Of a DNA stretch of 64,000 nucleotides, positions 19,539 to 28,956 are shown piece by piece. The notes beneath the pieces are model-generated. The model was not told the origin of the DNA and ran no database searches. It saw nothing but the letters and a program-made list of their open reading frames with translations. Positions within the stretch are counted from its first letter, which is position 1, and each line of letters starts with the position of its first letter. Source of the stretch: an uncultured bacterium (GTDB lineage: Bacteria > Acidobacteriota > Vicinamibacteria > Vicinamibacterales > UBA2999); the NCBI GenBank assembly GCA_963923455.1, contig CAWULT010000004.1:16315-80314 (forward strand). Direction: 5' to 3'. A program made the translations under genes and the position numbers.

Positions 19539-20792
19539 ATGACGTGGGCGTGTCCGTCATGGCGCATCGCCGCGGGGGTCGGGTGGCTGGGCCTGCTGGC
19601 CGCCTGTGGTGGAGGGCCGCCGGCGCCGCAGCCCGGCGGCCGTTCCGCCGGCGACGTCCGCCTCCCGATCGATACGTTGCGGGTCGAGGGCCTGGTGCCG
19701 GACCGCGCGACGCTCGACATGCTGCTGCGCGGGCACGGCGTTGCCGAGGACGCGGCGGCCAGCGTCGTCGCGGCCGCCCGGCAGGTGTTCGACCCGCGAC
19801 GCCTGCGATCCCTGCAGCCGTTCGCCATCGAACGCAGTATCGAGGGGGTGTTGCGGGTGTTCGAGTACGAGATCGACGCCGATCGACTGCTGCGCGTCAC
19901 GGCGAACGAACTCGGCACCGAGACGGCCAGCGCGGCCGTGCTGCCCATCCCGAAGACGCTCGAACGGGGGGTTGCCTCGGGCGCGATCGACACGCGGACC
20001 CCATCGCTCTTTCAGGCCATGGACGCGGCGGGCGAGCGCCCGGAGCTGGCGATCGCCCTGGCCGGCATCTTCGCGGGCGAGATCGACTTCAACACGGAGC
20101 TCCAGCCCGGCGACCAGTTCTCGCTCGCCTTCGAGCGCTTCCGCCGCGACGGCCGGCCCACGAGCTATGGCAACGTCACCGCCGCCGAGTTCCGCACCGA
20201 CGGCCGCGTGCTGCGTGCGATCCGCTTCACGGTGCCGGGAGAGGCGGCTGGCTACTACGACGAGCAGGGGCGGTCGTTGCGCCGGTTCTTCCTCCGGTCC
20301 CCGCTCAAGTTCGAGCCCCGCGTCACGTCCGGCTTCTCGTCGAGCCGCCTGCACCCGGTGCTGCACGCTGCGCGGGCCCACCGCGGCATCGACTACGCGG
20401 CGCCGACCGGCGCCCCCGTCGTGGCAGCGGCCTCGGGCACCGTGCTCGCCGCCAGCTACGACGGCGCGAACGGACGGATGGTCCGCATCCGCCACGCCTC
20501 GGGCTACGAGTCGTTCTACCTGCACCTGTCGTCGTTCGCGCCGGGGGTTCGCGCCGGTGAGCGCGTCGAACAGGGTGAGTTGATCGGCCGGGTCGGCTCG
20601 TCGGGGCTGGCCACGGGGCCTCACCTGCACTACGGTCTGACGAAGAACGGCGCGTTCGTGAACCCGCTGGTCGAACAGCGCAATCTGCCGCCCGGCGAGC
20701 CGGTGCCCGAGTCGGCGATGGACGCCTTCCGCGCCGAACGCGCGTTGCAGATCGCGCAGCTCGAGGCGGCCAGCCACCTGCGCGCCGATTGA
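19539..20792 (+). CDS. M23-family peptidoglycan metalloendopeptidase, lipoprotein
   Basis: Lipobox (LGLLAACGGG). C-terminal M23 catalytic motifs HRGIDYAAPTG ... YLHLS ... GPHLHYG. An alternative ATG lies at 19509. Confidence 0.85.
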   Translation: MTWACPSWRIAAGVGWLGLLAACGGGPPAPQPGGRSAGDVRLPIDTLRVEGLVPDRATLDMLLRGHGVAEDAAASVVAAARQVFDPRRLRSLQPFAIERSIEGVLRVFEYEIDADRLLRVTANELGTETASAAVLPIPKTLERGVASGAIDTRTPSLFQAMDAAGERPELAIALAGIFAGEIDFNTELQPGDQFSLAFERFRRDGRPTSYGNVTAAEFRTDGRVLRAIRFTVPGEAAGYYDEQGRSLRRFFLRSPLKFEPRVTSGFSSSRLHPVLHAARAHRGIDYAAPTGAPVVAAASGTVLAASYDGANGRMVRIRHASGYESFYLHLSSFAPGVRAGERVEQGELIGRVGSSGLATGPHLHYGLTKNGAFVNPLVEQRNLPPGEPVPESAMDAFRAERALQIAQLEAASHLRAD

Positions 20793-20799
20793 CGGCCGT

Positions 20800-20805
20800 T
20801 ATAAT
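20800..20805 (+). promoter_or_regulatory. consensus -10 TATAAT, 14 nt upstream of the DUF1015 ATG
   Basis: GGCCGTTATAATCAGCGGACACGCCCATG. No convincing -35. Confidence 0.45.
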
Positions 20806-20819
20806 CAGCGGACACGCCC

Positions 20820-22034
20820 ATGGCCACACTCGTCCCGTTCCGCGCGCTTCGGCCCGTTCCCGAGGCGGCCGCACGGGTGGCCGCCGTTCCCTACGACGTC
20901 GTCAGCACGGACGAGGCGCGGGCGCTCGCGGCCGGCAACCCCCTGAGCTTCCTGCACGTCTCGCGGCCCGAGATCGACCTGCCCCCCGGCACCGATCCGC
21001 ACACGGACGGCGCGTACGACCGCGCGGCGGCCAACCTGGCGGCGCTTCGGCGGGAGGCGCCGCTCGTCGTCGACGCCAGCCCCGCCGTCTACGTCTACCG
21101 GCTCACCATGGGGGCGCACGTGCAGACCGGCGTCGCGGCCTGCTATGCGATCGACGAGTACGACCGCGGCGTCATCAGGAAGCACGAGCGCACGCGCCGC
21201 GACAAGGAAGACGACCGCACCCGCCACCTGATCGCGTTGCGTGCGCAGACGGGTCCCGTCTTCCTGGTCTACCCCGGGTCCGCGGCCATCGACGCCGAGC
21301 TCGATCGTCTCGCCACCGGGACGCCGCTGTTCGACTTCACGGCCGCCGACGGCATCCGCCACACGCTGTGGCGCGCCGACGAGGCCGGGCAGGGCCGCCT
21401 CGTCGAGGCGTTCGCCGCCGTGCCGGCGCTGTACATCGCCGACGGGCATCACCGCGCGGCGAGTGCGTCGCGCGCGCGCCATCACGTCCGAGGCGTCGAC
21501 GGGCCGGGCGAGTGCGACACGTTCCTCGCCGTCGCCTTTTCCGGCGCCCAGACCGAGATCCTGGCCTACAACCGGGTCGTCAAGGACCTGAACGGACACT
21601 CGCCGGGCTCGCTCGTCGACGCCGTCCGTGCGCGGTGCGGCGTCACCGACGGTCCGGCGTTGCCGGCGCAGCGCGGCCACGTGTCGATGTTCGTCGACGG
21701 CCGCTGGTACGACGTCACGTTGCCGGAGGCGCCCGGCACGCTGCCGGCGGCCGAGCGTCTCGACGTCGCCCGGCTGCACGCGCTGGTGCTCGCGCCGGTG
21801 CTGGGGATCGGCGACGAGCGTACCGACGCCCGCATCGACTTCATCGGCGGGGGCCGCGGCACGGCGGCGCTCGAGGCCCGCGTCACCTCGGGGCAGGCCG
21901 GCGTGGCGTTCTCGATGTACCCGGTCAGCGTCGACGACCTGATGGCGATTGCGGACGAAGGCGGCATCATGCCGCCGAAATCGACCTGGTTCGAACCGAA
22001 ACTCCGCGACGGCCTGCTGTCGCACCTGATTTGA
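20820..22034 (+). CDS. DUF1015 family protein
   Basis: N-terminal FRALRP...PYDVV, HERTRRDKEDDR, LYIADGHHR: the pattern I know from DUF1015. It lies directly upstream of serC, an association I recall as commonly seen for this family. Confidence 0.8.
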   Translation: MATLVPFRALRPVPEAAARVAAVPYDVVSTDEARALAAGNPLSFLHVSRPEIDLPPGTDPHTDGAYDRAAANLAALRREAPLVVDASPAVYVYRLTMGAHVQTGVAACYAIDEYDRGVIRKHERTRRDKEDDRTRHLIALRAQTGPVFLVYPGSAAIDAELDRLATGTPLFDFTAADGIRHTLWRADEAGQGRLVEAFAAVPALYIADGHHRAASASRARHHVRGVDGPGECDTFLAVAFSGAQTEILAYNRVVKDLNGHSPGSLVDAVRARCGVTDGPALPAQRGHVSMFVDGRWYDVTLPEAPGTLPAAERLDVARLHALVLAPVLGIGDERTDARIDFIGGGRGTAALEARVTSGQAGVAFSMYPVSVDDLMAIADEGGIMPPKSTWFEPKLRDGLLSHLI

Positions 22035-22042
22035 GGGAACCC

Positions 22043-23134
22043 ATGTCCGGTACCGCTCGCATCTACAACTTCTCCGCCGGCCCGGCCGTGCTGCCGCTGC
22101 CCGTGCTGGAGCAGGCCCAGCGCGATCTCGTGTCGCTGCCCGGCGTCGGCATGTCGGTGCTCGAGATCAGCCACCGCTCGAAGACGTTCGAGGGGATGCT
22201 GAACGGCACGATCGCCGACATGCGAGCGCTTGCCGGCATCTCCGACGACTACGCGATCCTGCTGCTGCAGGGCGGCGCCAGCCTGCAGTTCTCGATGGTG
22301 CCGATGAACCTGCTGGGCCCCGGCCAGACGGCCGACTACGTCGACACGGGCACCTGGGCCGACAAGGCGATCAAGGAAGCGACGCGCGTCGGTGCCGTCA
22401 ACGTCACCGGCTCGACCAGGGCCGACAACTACAGCCGCATCCCGTCGCCCGACGAGATCCACCTGACGCCCGGTGCGGCCTACGTGCACCTGACGACGAA
22501 CAACACGATCGAGGGCACCGAGTGGAGGAGCCTGCCCGACTCGGGCCCCGCACCCCTCGTCGCCGACGCGTCGTCCGACATCTTCAGCCGGCCGATCGAC
22601 GTGTCGCGGTACGGCCTCATCTACGCCGGGGCGCAGAAGAATCTCGGCCCGTCGGGCGTCACGCTGGTCATCATCCGCAAGGATCTGCTCGAGCGGTCGG
22701 CGGCCTCGCTGCCGACGATGTTGAACTACAAGACGCAGGCCGAGAACAACTCGCTCTACAACACGCCGAACACGTTCGGCATCTACGTCCTGGGCCTGAC
22801 GATCGGATGGCTGAAGGGGCTGGGCGGGCTGCACGCGGTCGCGGCGATGAACGAGCGCAAGGCGCGGCTGCTCTACGACGAGATCGACCGGACCGGCTTC
22901 TACCGCGGGACGGCACAGCGCGAGAGCCGCTCGCTGATGAACGTGACGTTCCGCCTGCCGAGCGAGGAGCTCGAGAAGAAGTTCGACAAGGCCGCGACCG
23001 CCGCGGGCCTCGACGGCCTCAAGGGCCATCGATCCGTCGGCGGGATGCGGGCGTCGATCTACAACGCGTTTCCCGAAGCCGGTGTGCAGGCGCTCGTCGA
23101 CTTCATGCGGGAGTTCGAGCGCACCAACGGCTGA
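22043..23134 (+). CDS. serC: 3-phosphoserine/phosphohydroxythreonine aminotransferase
   Basis: YNFSAGPAVLP, SHRSK, LQGGAS, GAQKNLGPSG (PLP-lysine), SVGGMRASIYNA. RBS GAGGGA before ATG 22043. The track ORF is 5-prime-extended to 20789. Confidence 0.95.
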   Translation: MSGTARIYNFSAGPAVLPLPVLEQAQRDLVSLPGVGMSVLEISHRSKTFEGMLNGTIADMRALAGISDDYAILLLQGGASLQFSMVPMNLLGPGQTADYVDTGTWADKAIKEATRVGAVNVTGSTRADNYSRIPSPDEIHLTPGAAYVHLTTNNTIEGTEWRSLPDSGPAPLVADASSDIFSRPIDVSRYGLIYAGAQKNLGPSGVTLVIIRKDLLERSAASLPTMLNYKTQAENNSLYNTPNTFGIYVLGLTIGWLKGLGGLHAVAAMNERKARLLYDEIDRTGFYRGTAQRESRSLMNVTFRLPSEELEKKFDKAATAAGLDGLKGHRSVGGMRASIYNAFPEAGVQALVDFMREFERTNG

Positions 23135-23147
23135 CGAGGGCGTTCGC

Positions 23148-24464
23148 TCACGACTGCGGGGGCGGCGGCCGCCGCGGACGGCGGCCGCGCCGGCGCCGGC
23201 GCCGCGGGCGCGGTTCGGCCTCGGCCTCGGGCGTGCCTTCGAACGTGGCCGCCGCCTCGACGAATCCCCGCCAGTGCTCGAGGACCTCCGGCGCGTTGCC
23301 GTGGATCTCCAGCCAGGTCATCGCCTCGCGGAACGGACCGCGATGCATGAGCGCGCGGCGGGCCCGGGGCGAGAGGGTCAGGTCCGTGAGGCGGCGCTGC
23401 AGGCCCAGCACCTGGCGCAGCCGCTCGACGTCGCGCCTGGCGAGGGGCAGCATGCCCAGCGACGGCGCCGGCTCCTTCTTGAAGTCGCCGTCGGCGTGCG
23501 GCGGCGGCGCGAGGATCTGGGCGGCCCGGCCGAGGGGCACGATCAGCGACCCGAGCAGCACCGCGTTCGTCAGCGTGTCGGGAGCCGACTCGAAGCGCGA
23601 GCGGTAACGGTCGACCGCGGCCAGCGACTGCCACAGCGGCTCGCGCGCCGCGGCCTGGAGTTCCGGCGAGATCGGCTCGAGCAGCCGTCGCTCCGCCAGC
23701 AGCCGGAAGGCCCGCTCAGACGAACCGGACCGCAGCAGCTTGTAGAACTCCTCGATCATCCGCGCCGGCGCGCATCGCGCGATCGCCGCCCGGTGGGTGT
23801 CGATGGCCTGCTCGATCGGCGCGTCGATCGTGAAGCCGAGGCGCGCCGCGAACGCGACCGCTCGCAGCATCCGGGCCGGGTCCTCCTGGAAGCGCTCGTT
23901 CGGGTCGCCGATCGAACGCACCACGCCCGCCTTCAGATCCTGCAGGCCAGACGTGTAGTCGATGATCGAGAACGTCCCGATGTCGTAGAACAGGGCGTTG
24001 ATCGTGAAGTCGCGCCGGAAGGCGTCCTCTTCTGGCGTCCCGAACGTATTGTCGCGGTGGATCATCCGGTCGCGCTGCACGTCGCGCTCGGACCGTTCGG
24101 CGCCCTCGGTGGCGACCTGGTCCTCGGCGGCCGCCGCCTGCTCCAGTTCCTCCTCCGACACCTGCCGACGGAAGGTTGCGACCTCGACAGTCTTGGCGCC
24201 GAAGCGGACATGGGCCAGGCGGAACCGCCGGCCGATGATCCAGCAGTTGCGGAAGAGCTTCTTGACCTCGTAGGGATGGGCCGACGTCCCGATGTCGAAG
24301 TCCTTGGGGTGCCGGCCGAGCAGCAGGTCGCGGACGCTGCCGCCGACCAGATATGCCGTGTGCCCCGCCTGATGCAGACGGTAGAGCACTTTGAGCGCGT
24401 CGGGATCGATCAGTTTGCGCGAGATCGCGTGCTCGGACCGCGGCACGACGAGGGGCTCACCCAT
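23148..24464 (-). CDS. pcnB: poly(A) polymerase I / CCA-adding nucleotidyltransferase family protein
   Basis: LVGGSVRDLLLG..PKDFDI (class II nucleotidyltransferase head), RRDFTINA, and a basic C-terminal tail. Start chosen at ATG 24464. Confidence 0.8.
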   Translation of the reverse strand: MGEPLVVPRSEHAISRKLIDPDALKVLYRLHQAGHTAYLVGGSVRDLLLGRHPKDFDIGTSAHPYEVKKLFRNCWIIGRRFRLAHVRFGAKTVEVATFRRQVSEEELEQAAAAEDQVATEGAERSERDVQRDRMIHRDNTFGTPEEDAFRRDFTINALFYDIGTFSIIDYTSGLQDLKAGVVRSIGDPNERFQEDPARMLRAVAFAARLGFTIDAPIEQAIDTHRAAIARCAPARMIEEFYKLLRSGSSERAFRLLAERRLLEPISPELQAAAREPLWQSLAAVDRYRSRFESAPDTLTNAVLLGSLIVPLGRAAQILAPPPHADGDFKKEPAPSLGMLPLARRDVERLRQVLGLQRRLTDLTLSPRARRALMHRGPFREAMTWLEIHGNAPEVLEHWRGFVEAAATFEGTPEAEAEPRPRRRRRRGRRPRRPPPPQS

Positions 24465-24473
24465 GCGAAGCCG

Positions 24474-24479
24474 ATTGTA
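24474..24479 (-). promoter_or_regulatory. -10-like TACAAT, 9 nt upstream of the pcnB ATG
   Basis: The minus strand reads TTTGCTACAATCGGCTTCGCATG. Confidence 0.45.
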
Positions 24480-24582
24480 GCAAAGCGGCACCGGCGCACG
24501 GGCCCAAGTGCCGGACGCCAAACGGCTTACTGCGCAGCGCTGGTACGCGTTCGGCGCGGGCGCCGGGGCGCTGCGATGGGAC

Positions 24583-24588
24583 TAGAAT
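24583..24588 (+). promoter_or_regulatory. -10-like TAGAAT, 7 nt upstream of ATG 24596
   Basis: GGGACTAGAATCGAAGTCATG. Confidence 0.45.
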
Positions 24589-24595
24589 CGAAGTC

Positions 24596-25411
24596 ATGAG
24601 GAAGCTCCGGGCGCTCGTCGCCGCGCTCCTGCTCACGTGCGCGGCGTATCCCGCCTGGGCGGCGCCCGCCGAGCCCGCCGCGCTCGTCCGCGCCCGGACG
24701 TCGTACAACGCCGCCGACTATCAGGCGGCGATCGACGCCGCGGCGGTGGCGCGCCGCCAGCCGGAGTGGGCCGACGCCGCCGCGCTCGTCATGGGCCGGT
24801 CCTACCTCGAACGGTACCGCCGGAACGCCGCGGCCGAGGACCTGGCCGCGGCGCGCGAAGCGCTGGCCGCCGTCCGGATCGACACGCTGAAGCCGCGCGA
24901 TCAGCTCGACCTCAACATCGGACTCGCTCAGGCGCTCTACTTCGGCGAGCTCTTCGGGGCTTCGGCCGAGTTGTTCGAGACGGCCCTGGCGGGCCTCGAC
25001 CTGCTGACTCCGCCCGAACGTCTGCGCCTGCTCGACTGGTGGGCCGGTGCCCTCGACAAGGAGGCGCTGTCGCGGCCCGGCGATCGCCGCGGCCCGCCCT
25101 ACGCGCGGATCATCGAGCGGATGGAAGAGGCCCTTCGGGCGGATCCGGCGAACCCCGTGGCCAACTACTGGCTGGCGATCGCGGCGCGCGGCGCGGGCGA
25201 TCTCGACCGGGCCTGGGACGCGGCGATCGCCGCGTGGATTCGCGCCGGACTGCGGCGGGACGACACCGAGCAGCTGCGGGCCGACCTCGACCGCCTGGTC
25301 GAGCAGGCACTGATCCCCGAACGCGCCCGCACGCGGGTGAGCCGGGAGAACGAAGACGCCCTCACCGTGCTGCGTGAGGAGTGGGCGCTCGTCAAGCAGC
25401 GCTGGAAGTAG
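24596..25411 (+). CDS. hypothetical secreted alpha-helical (TPR-like) protein
   Basis: Signal peptide (LVAALLLTCAAYPAWAAP). Ala/Leu/Arg-rich helical repeats. No family motif recognised. Confidence 0.6.
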   Translation: MRKLRALVAALLLTCAAYPAWAAPAEPAALVRARTSYNAADYQAAIDAAAVARRQPEWADAAALVMGRSYLERYRRNAAAEDLAAAREALAAVRIDTLKPRDQLDLNIGLAQALYFGELFGASAELFETALAGLDLLTPPERLRLLDWWAGALDKEALSRPGDRRGPPYARIIERMEEALRADPANPVANYWLAIAARGAGDLDRAWDAAIAAWIRAGLRRDDTEQLRADLDRLVEQALIPERARTRVSRENEDALTVLREEWALVKQRWK

Positions 25412-25435
25412 CCGGCCCGGCGCCGCGGCGTCGGA

Positions 25436-28174
25436 TCACGCCTTCGCCTCGCGCCAGTTCTCGCCGACGCCGACGTCGACGGTCAGCGGCACCGTGAGGG
25501 TGACGGCGTGCTCCATCCGATCGCGGATGATCGCGAGCGCACCGTCGACCGATTCCCGGGGACACTCGAACACCAGCTCGTCGTGCACGGTGAGGATCAT
25601 CCGCGCCCGGAGGTCGGTGGCGGCCAGCGCGGCGTGCAGGTCGATCATCGCCCGCTTCAGGATGTCGGCCGCCGTGCCTTGGATGGGCATGTTGACGGTC
25701 GCCCGCTCGGCGGCGGCGCGGACCTGCCCGTTGCGGCTGTTCAGCTCGGGGACGAGCCGGCGGCGCCCGAACATCGTCCGCACGGCGCCCGACGCGCGCG
25801 CTTCCTCCAGCGTCCGGTCGATGAAGCCGCGGACCCGCGGGAAGCCGGCGAAATACGCGTCGATGAACGCCTGCGCGGCGTCGATCGGCACGCCGATGTC
25901 CTTGGCCAGCGTGAAGGCCGTCTTGCCGTACAGCAGGGCGTAGTTGACGATCTTCGCGCGGCGGCGCAGCTCGTGCGGGTCGATCCCGCTGGCCTCGCCG
26001 AACACCTTCCGCGCCGTCCGCTCGTGGATGTCCTCGCCCGACCGGAAGGCCTCGATGAGCGTGTCGTCCCCGGCGAGGTGGGCGAGCACCCGCAGCTCGA
26101 TCTGGGAGTAGTCCGCCGAGATCAGCAGATGACCCGGGGCGGCGACGAACGAGGCCCGGATCTCGCGTCCGAGCTCGGTCCGGATCGGGATGTTCTGGAG
26201 GTTCGGCTCGGAGCTGCTCAGCCGCCCGGTCGCGGCGATGGCCTGGTTGAACGACGTGTGGAGCCGCCCGGTCTCGGGGTGGACGAGCAGCGGCAACGCA
26301 TCGATGTACGTGCTCTTCAGCTTGTGCAGGGTGCGCCAGTCGAGGATCAGGCGTGGGAGCTCGTGCGTGAGCGCCAGCTCCTCCAGCACCTCGACGGCCG
26401 TCGACGCCGTGCGCGTCTTGCCGGTCTTCTTGAGCGCCGGCAGGCTCAGCCGCTCGAACAGGACCTCGCCGAGCTGTTTCGGGGAGTTCACGTTGAACTC
26501 CATGCCGGCCAGGCCGTGGATGCGCGCCGTCAGCGCCGCCAGCTCGCGCTCGAGCCGCGACGAGAGCGCCGCGAGCGCCGCGGAGTCGAGCCGGACACCC
26601 GCAGCTTCGATGTCGGCCAGCACCGCGATGAGCGGCAGCTCCAGGTCGCGGAACACCGGCTCGACCTGGGCCTCGGCCAGCTTCGGCGCGAGGTGATGGG
26701 CGAGCTGGCGCGCCAGGTCTGCGCGCTCACCCGCGAACGTCACGGCCGCCGCGGGCTCGATCCGCGACAGCGGCACGGCCTTCGCGCCGGTTCCGGTCAG
26801 GCTCTCTTCCGCGACGGCCTTGTAGCCGAGGAACTCGAGCGCGAGCCCGTCGAGGCCCTGGCTCTGGCGGGTGGGGTCGAGCACGTAGCTCGCGAGCATC
26901 ACGTCGAACGACTGCCCGCGCAGCGTGACGCCGTGCCGGGCCAGGAGGACGGTGTCGCGCTTCAGATCGTGCCCGAGCTTGCGGACGGCCGCGTTCTCCA
27001 GCAGCGGGGTCAGGCGCGCCAGCACGGTGCGGGTGTCGAGCTGGGCCGGTGTCGACGCCGACGCCAGCAGGTCGCCGCTCGTGTCGGCGCCGACGTGCCC
27101 CAGCGGGACGTAGCGCGCGTGCCCGTCGGCCGTGGAGAAGGCCAGGCCGACGAGCCGCGCGCGCATCGTGACGTGGCTGTCGCCGATCACCTGCATGCCG
27201 ACCTCGCCGGCCGCGGCGAGCGCTCCTGCCAGCGCGTCGAGGTCCGCCGCCGTGGTCACGAGCGCGTAGTCGCGCGCGACGCTCTCGGCCGACGGCGCGT
27301 ACTCGTTCATCAGCGAGCGGAAGGCCAGCTGCGAGAACAGCGCGTAACAGCGCGCGCGGTCCGCGCCGCGGAACCTGAGCGCCTCGATGTCGGCATCGAT
27401 CGGCACGTCGGTGCGGATCGTCACGAGCGTCCGGCTGCGCAACGCGTCGTCCCGGTGCGCGGCGAGCGACTCGCGCTGCTTCCCCTTCAGGTCGTCCACG
27501 TGTGCCAGCACCCCGTCGAGGCTGCCGTAGCGCGTGACGAGGTCGATCGCGCCCTTCTTGCCGATACCCGGCACGCCGGCCACGTTGTCGCTGGCGTCGC
27601 CGACGAGCGCCAGGACGTCGACGACCTGCTCCGGGTACACGCCGAACTTGTCGAGCACGCCCTGCGCGTCGAACCACGCGCCGTCCTCGCGCGGGTCGTA
27701 GATGCGGATCCCGTCCTGCACGAGCTGGAAGAAGTCCTTGTCGATCGAGACGATGGCGACGTCGAATCCCCGGGCCCTGGCCCGCAGCGCCATCGTGCCG
27801 ATCACGTCGTCGGCCTCGAAGCCGGGCGCGGTCAGGATGGGCACGCCGAGGGCTTCGCACGCCTGGTGCACCCAGTCGATCTGCTCGGCCAGATCGTCGG
27901 GCATGGCCTCGCGGTTGGCCTTGTAGTCGGCGACGAGCTCGTCGCGGAACGTGGGGCCCGCCAGGTCGAACGATGCCGCGATGTGGCTCGGCCGGTGGTC
28001 GGCCAGCAGCTTTCGCAGCATCGTGACGAACACGTACACGGCGTGCGTGCTCTGTCCTTCCTGGTTCGACAGGCCCTTGCCGCGGAACGCGTGGTACGCG
28101 CGGTACATCTGCGAGCTGCCGTCGATCAGGAAGAGGCGGGGGCGGGACATCGGTGGCGTCGTCGAGGATATCAT
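25436..28174 (-). CDS. polA: DNA polymerase I
   Basis: 912 aa with a 5-prime nuclease domain, a 3-prime-5-prime exonuclease-like domain and the family A polymerase motifs (DYSQIELRVLAH, RRAKIVNYALLYG, QGTAADI, VHDELV). An alternative ATG at 28150 is possible. Confidence 0.97.
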   Translation of the reverse strand: MISSTTPPMSRPRLFLIDGSSQMYRAYHAFRGKGLSNQEGQSTHAVYVFVTMLRKLLADHRPSHIAASFDLAGPTFRDELVADYKANREAMPDDLAEQIDWVHQACEALGVPILTAPGFEADDVIGTMALRARARGFDVAIVSIDKDFFQLVQDGIRIYDPREDGAWFDAQGVLDKFGVYPEQVVDVLALVGDASDNVAGVPGIGKKGAIDLVTRYGSLDGVLAHVDDLKGKQRESLAAHRDDALRSRTLVTIRTDVPIDADIEALRFRGADRARCYALFSQLAFRSLMNEYAPSAESVARDYALVTTAADLDALAGALAAAGEVGMQVIGDSHVTMRARLVGLAFSTADGHARYVPLGHVGADTSGDLLASASTPAQLDTRTVLARLTPLLENAAVRKLGHDLKRDTVLLARHGVTLRGQSFDVMLASYVLDPTRQSQGLDGLALEFLGYKAVAEESLTGTGAKAVPLSRIEPAAAVTFAGERADLARQLAHHLAPKLAEAQVEPVFRDLELPLIAVLADIEAAGVRLDSAALAALSSRLERELAALTARIHGLAGMEFNVNSPKQLGEVLFERLSLPALKKTGKTRTASTAVEVLEELALTHELPRLILDWRTLHKLKSTYIDALPLLVHPETGRLHTSFNQAIAATGRLSSSEPNLQNIPIRTELGREIRASFVAAPGHLLISADYSQIELRVLAHLAGDDTLIEAFRSGEDIHERTARKVFGEASGIDPHELRRRAKIVNYALLYGKTAFTLAKDIGVPIDAAQAFIDAYFAGFPRVRGFIDRTLEEARASGAVRTMFGRRRLVPELNSRNGQVRAAAERATVNMPIQGTAADILKRAMIDLHAALAATDLRARMILTVHDELVFECPRESVDGALAIIRDRMEHAVTLTVPLTVDVGVGENWREAKA
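28169..28174 (+). promoter_or_regulatory. -10-like TATCAT, 8 nt upstream of ATG 28183
   Basis: GAGGATATCATTGGGGTTCATG. It lies inside or against the polA 5-prime end. Confidence 0.4.
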
Positions 28175-28182
28175 TGGGGTTC

Positions 28183-28941
28183 ATGTCCTCGACGGTGCGC
28201 CGGCGGCTCCTGCTCGCGGCCACGCTGGCGTCGCTGCTGTGCTCGCTCGCGTGCGGCGGGGGTGTCTTCAAGCGGCAGTACGAATACGAGGAGGAGTTGT
28301 ACCTGGCGCTCGACGGGTCCGCGACGCTGAACGTGAACGCCTCGGTCGCCGCGCTCGTGGCGCTGCGCGGCGCGGACCTGAACGTCGATCCGAAGGCCCG
28401 CATCGACCGCGGCGCCGTCCGCGCGCTGTTCGAGGGGCCTGGCGCCGAGGTGACGCGGGTGAGCCTCTCGCGGCGCCATGGGCGCCGCTTCGTGCACGTC
28501 GGCGTGAACCTGGCCGACCTGCGGCGGGCGCGGGGGCTCGCGCCGTTCGCCTGGTCCGAATACCGGCTCGCCCGTCAGGGCGACGTGGTGCAGTTCCGCC
28601 AGCGGGTGGGCGCCGCCGCTGGCCGGCCGGTGGGCGCCGTCGGCTGGGACGGCAGCGAACTCGTGGCGTTCCGCGTCCACGTGCCGAGCGCGATCCCGTT
28701 CCACAACTCGCCCGGCACGATCCAGCGCGGCAACATCCTCGAGTGGGAGCAGCCGCTGACGGCCCGGCTGGCCGGCACACCGCTCGACGTCCAGATCGAC
28801 ATGGAACCGGAGTCGATCCTCTACACCACGCTGCTGCTCTTCGGAGCGACGATCGTCGCCGCGGCCGCGGCGTTCGGGGTGGTCATCTGGCTGTTCGTGC
28901 GCCGCGGGCGGGACGCCGATCCCTCGGCGTCCCACGGATAG
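28183..28941 (+). CDS. hypothetical lipoprotein with C-terminal transmembrane anchor
   Basis: Lipobox (LLCSLACGGG). C-terminal EPES + 27-residue hydrophobic helix + RRGR. No family recognised. The track ORF opens at 28153. Confidence 0.6.
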   Translation: MSSTVRRRLLLAATLASLLCSLACGGGVFKRQYEYEEELYLALDGSATLNVNASVAALVALRGADLNVDPKARIDRGAVRALFEGPGAEVTRVSLSRRHGRRFVHVGVNLADLRRARGLAPFAWSEYRLARQGDVVQFRQRVGAAAGRPVGAVGWDGSELVAFRVHVPSAIPFHNSPGTIQRGNILEWEQPLTARLAGTPLDVQIDMEPESILYTTLLLFGATIVAAAAAFGVVIWLFVRRGRDADPSASHG

Positions 28942-28956
28942 CCGCGGCGCCGCCCG

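Noticed and set aside
23148-23230. An extremely Arg/Pro-rich C-terminal tail of the PcnB-like protein (PRPRRRRRRGRRPRRPPPPQS).
   Set aside because: Basic C-terminal tails are a normal RNA-binding feature of bacterial poly(A) polymerases. It is not evidence of a fusion or frameshift.
25508-28330. Very long ORFs on the opposite strand of real genes. Examples are 940 aa antisense to polA, 877 aa (33569..36202) antisense to acs, 649 aa (18044..19993) across rmuC and the M23 gene, 684 aa (49432..51486) antisense to the kinase, and 669 aa (31684..33693) antisense to ino1.
   Set aside because: These are typical GC-rich stop-codon-poor artefacts. Their translations are Arg/Pro/Gly/Ala low-complexity strings with no motifs, whereas the opposite frame encodes full-length proteins with canonical family motifs.
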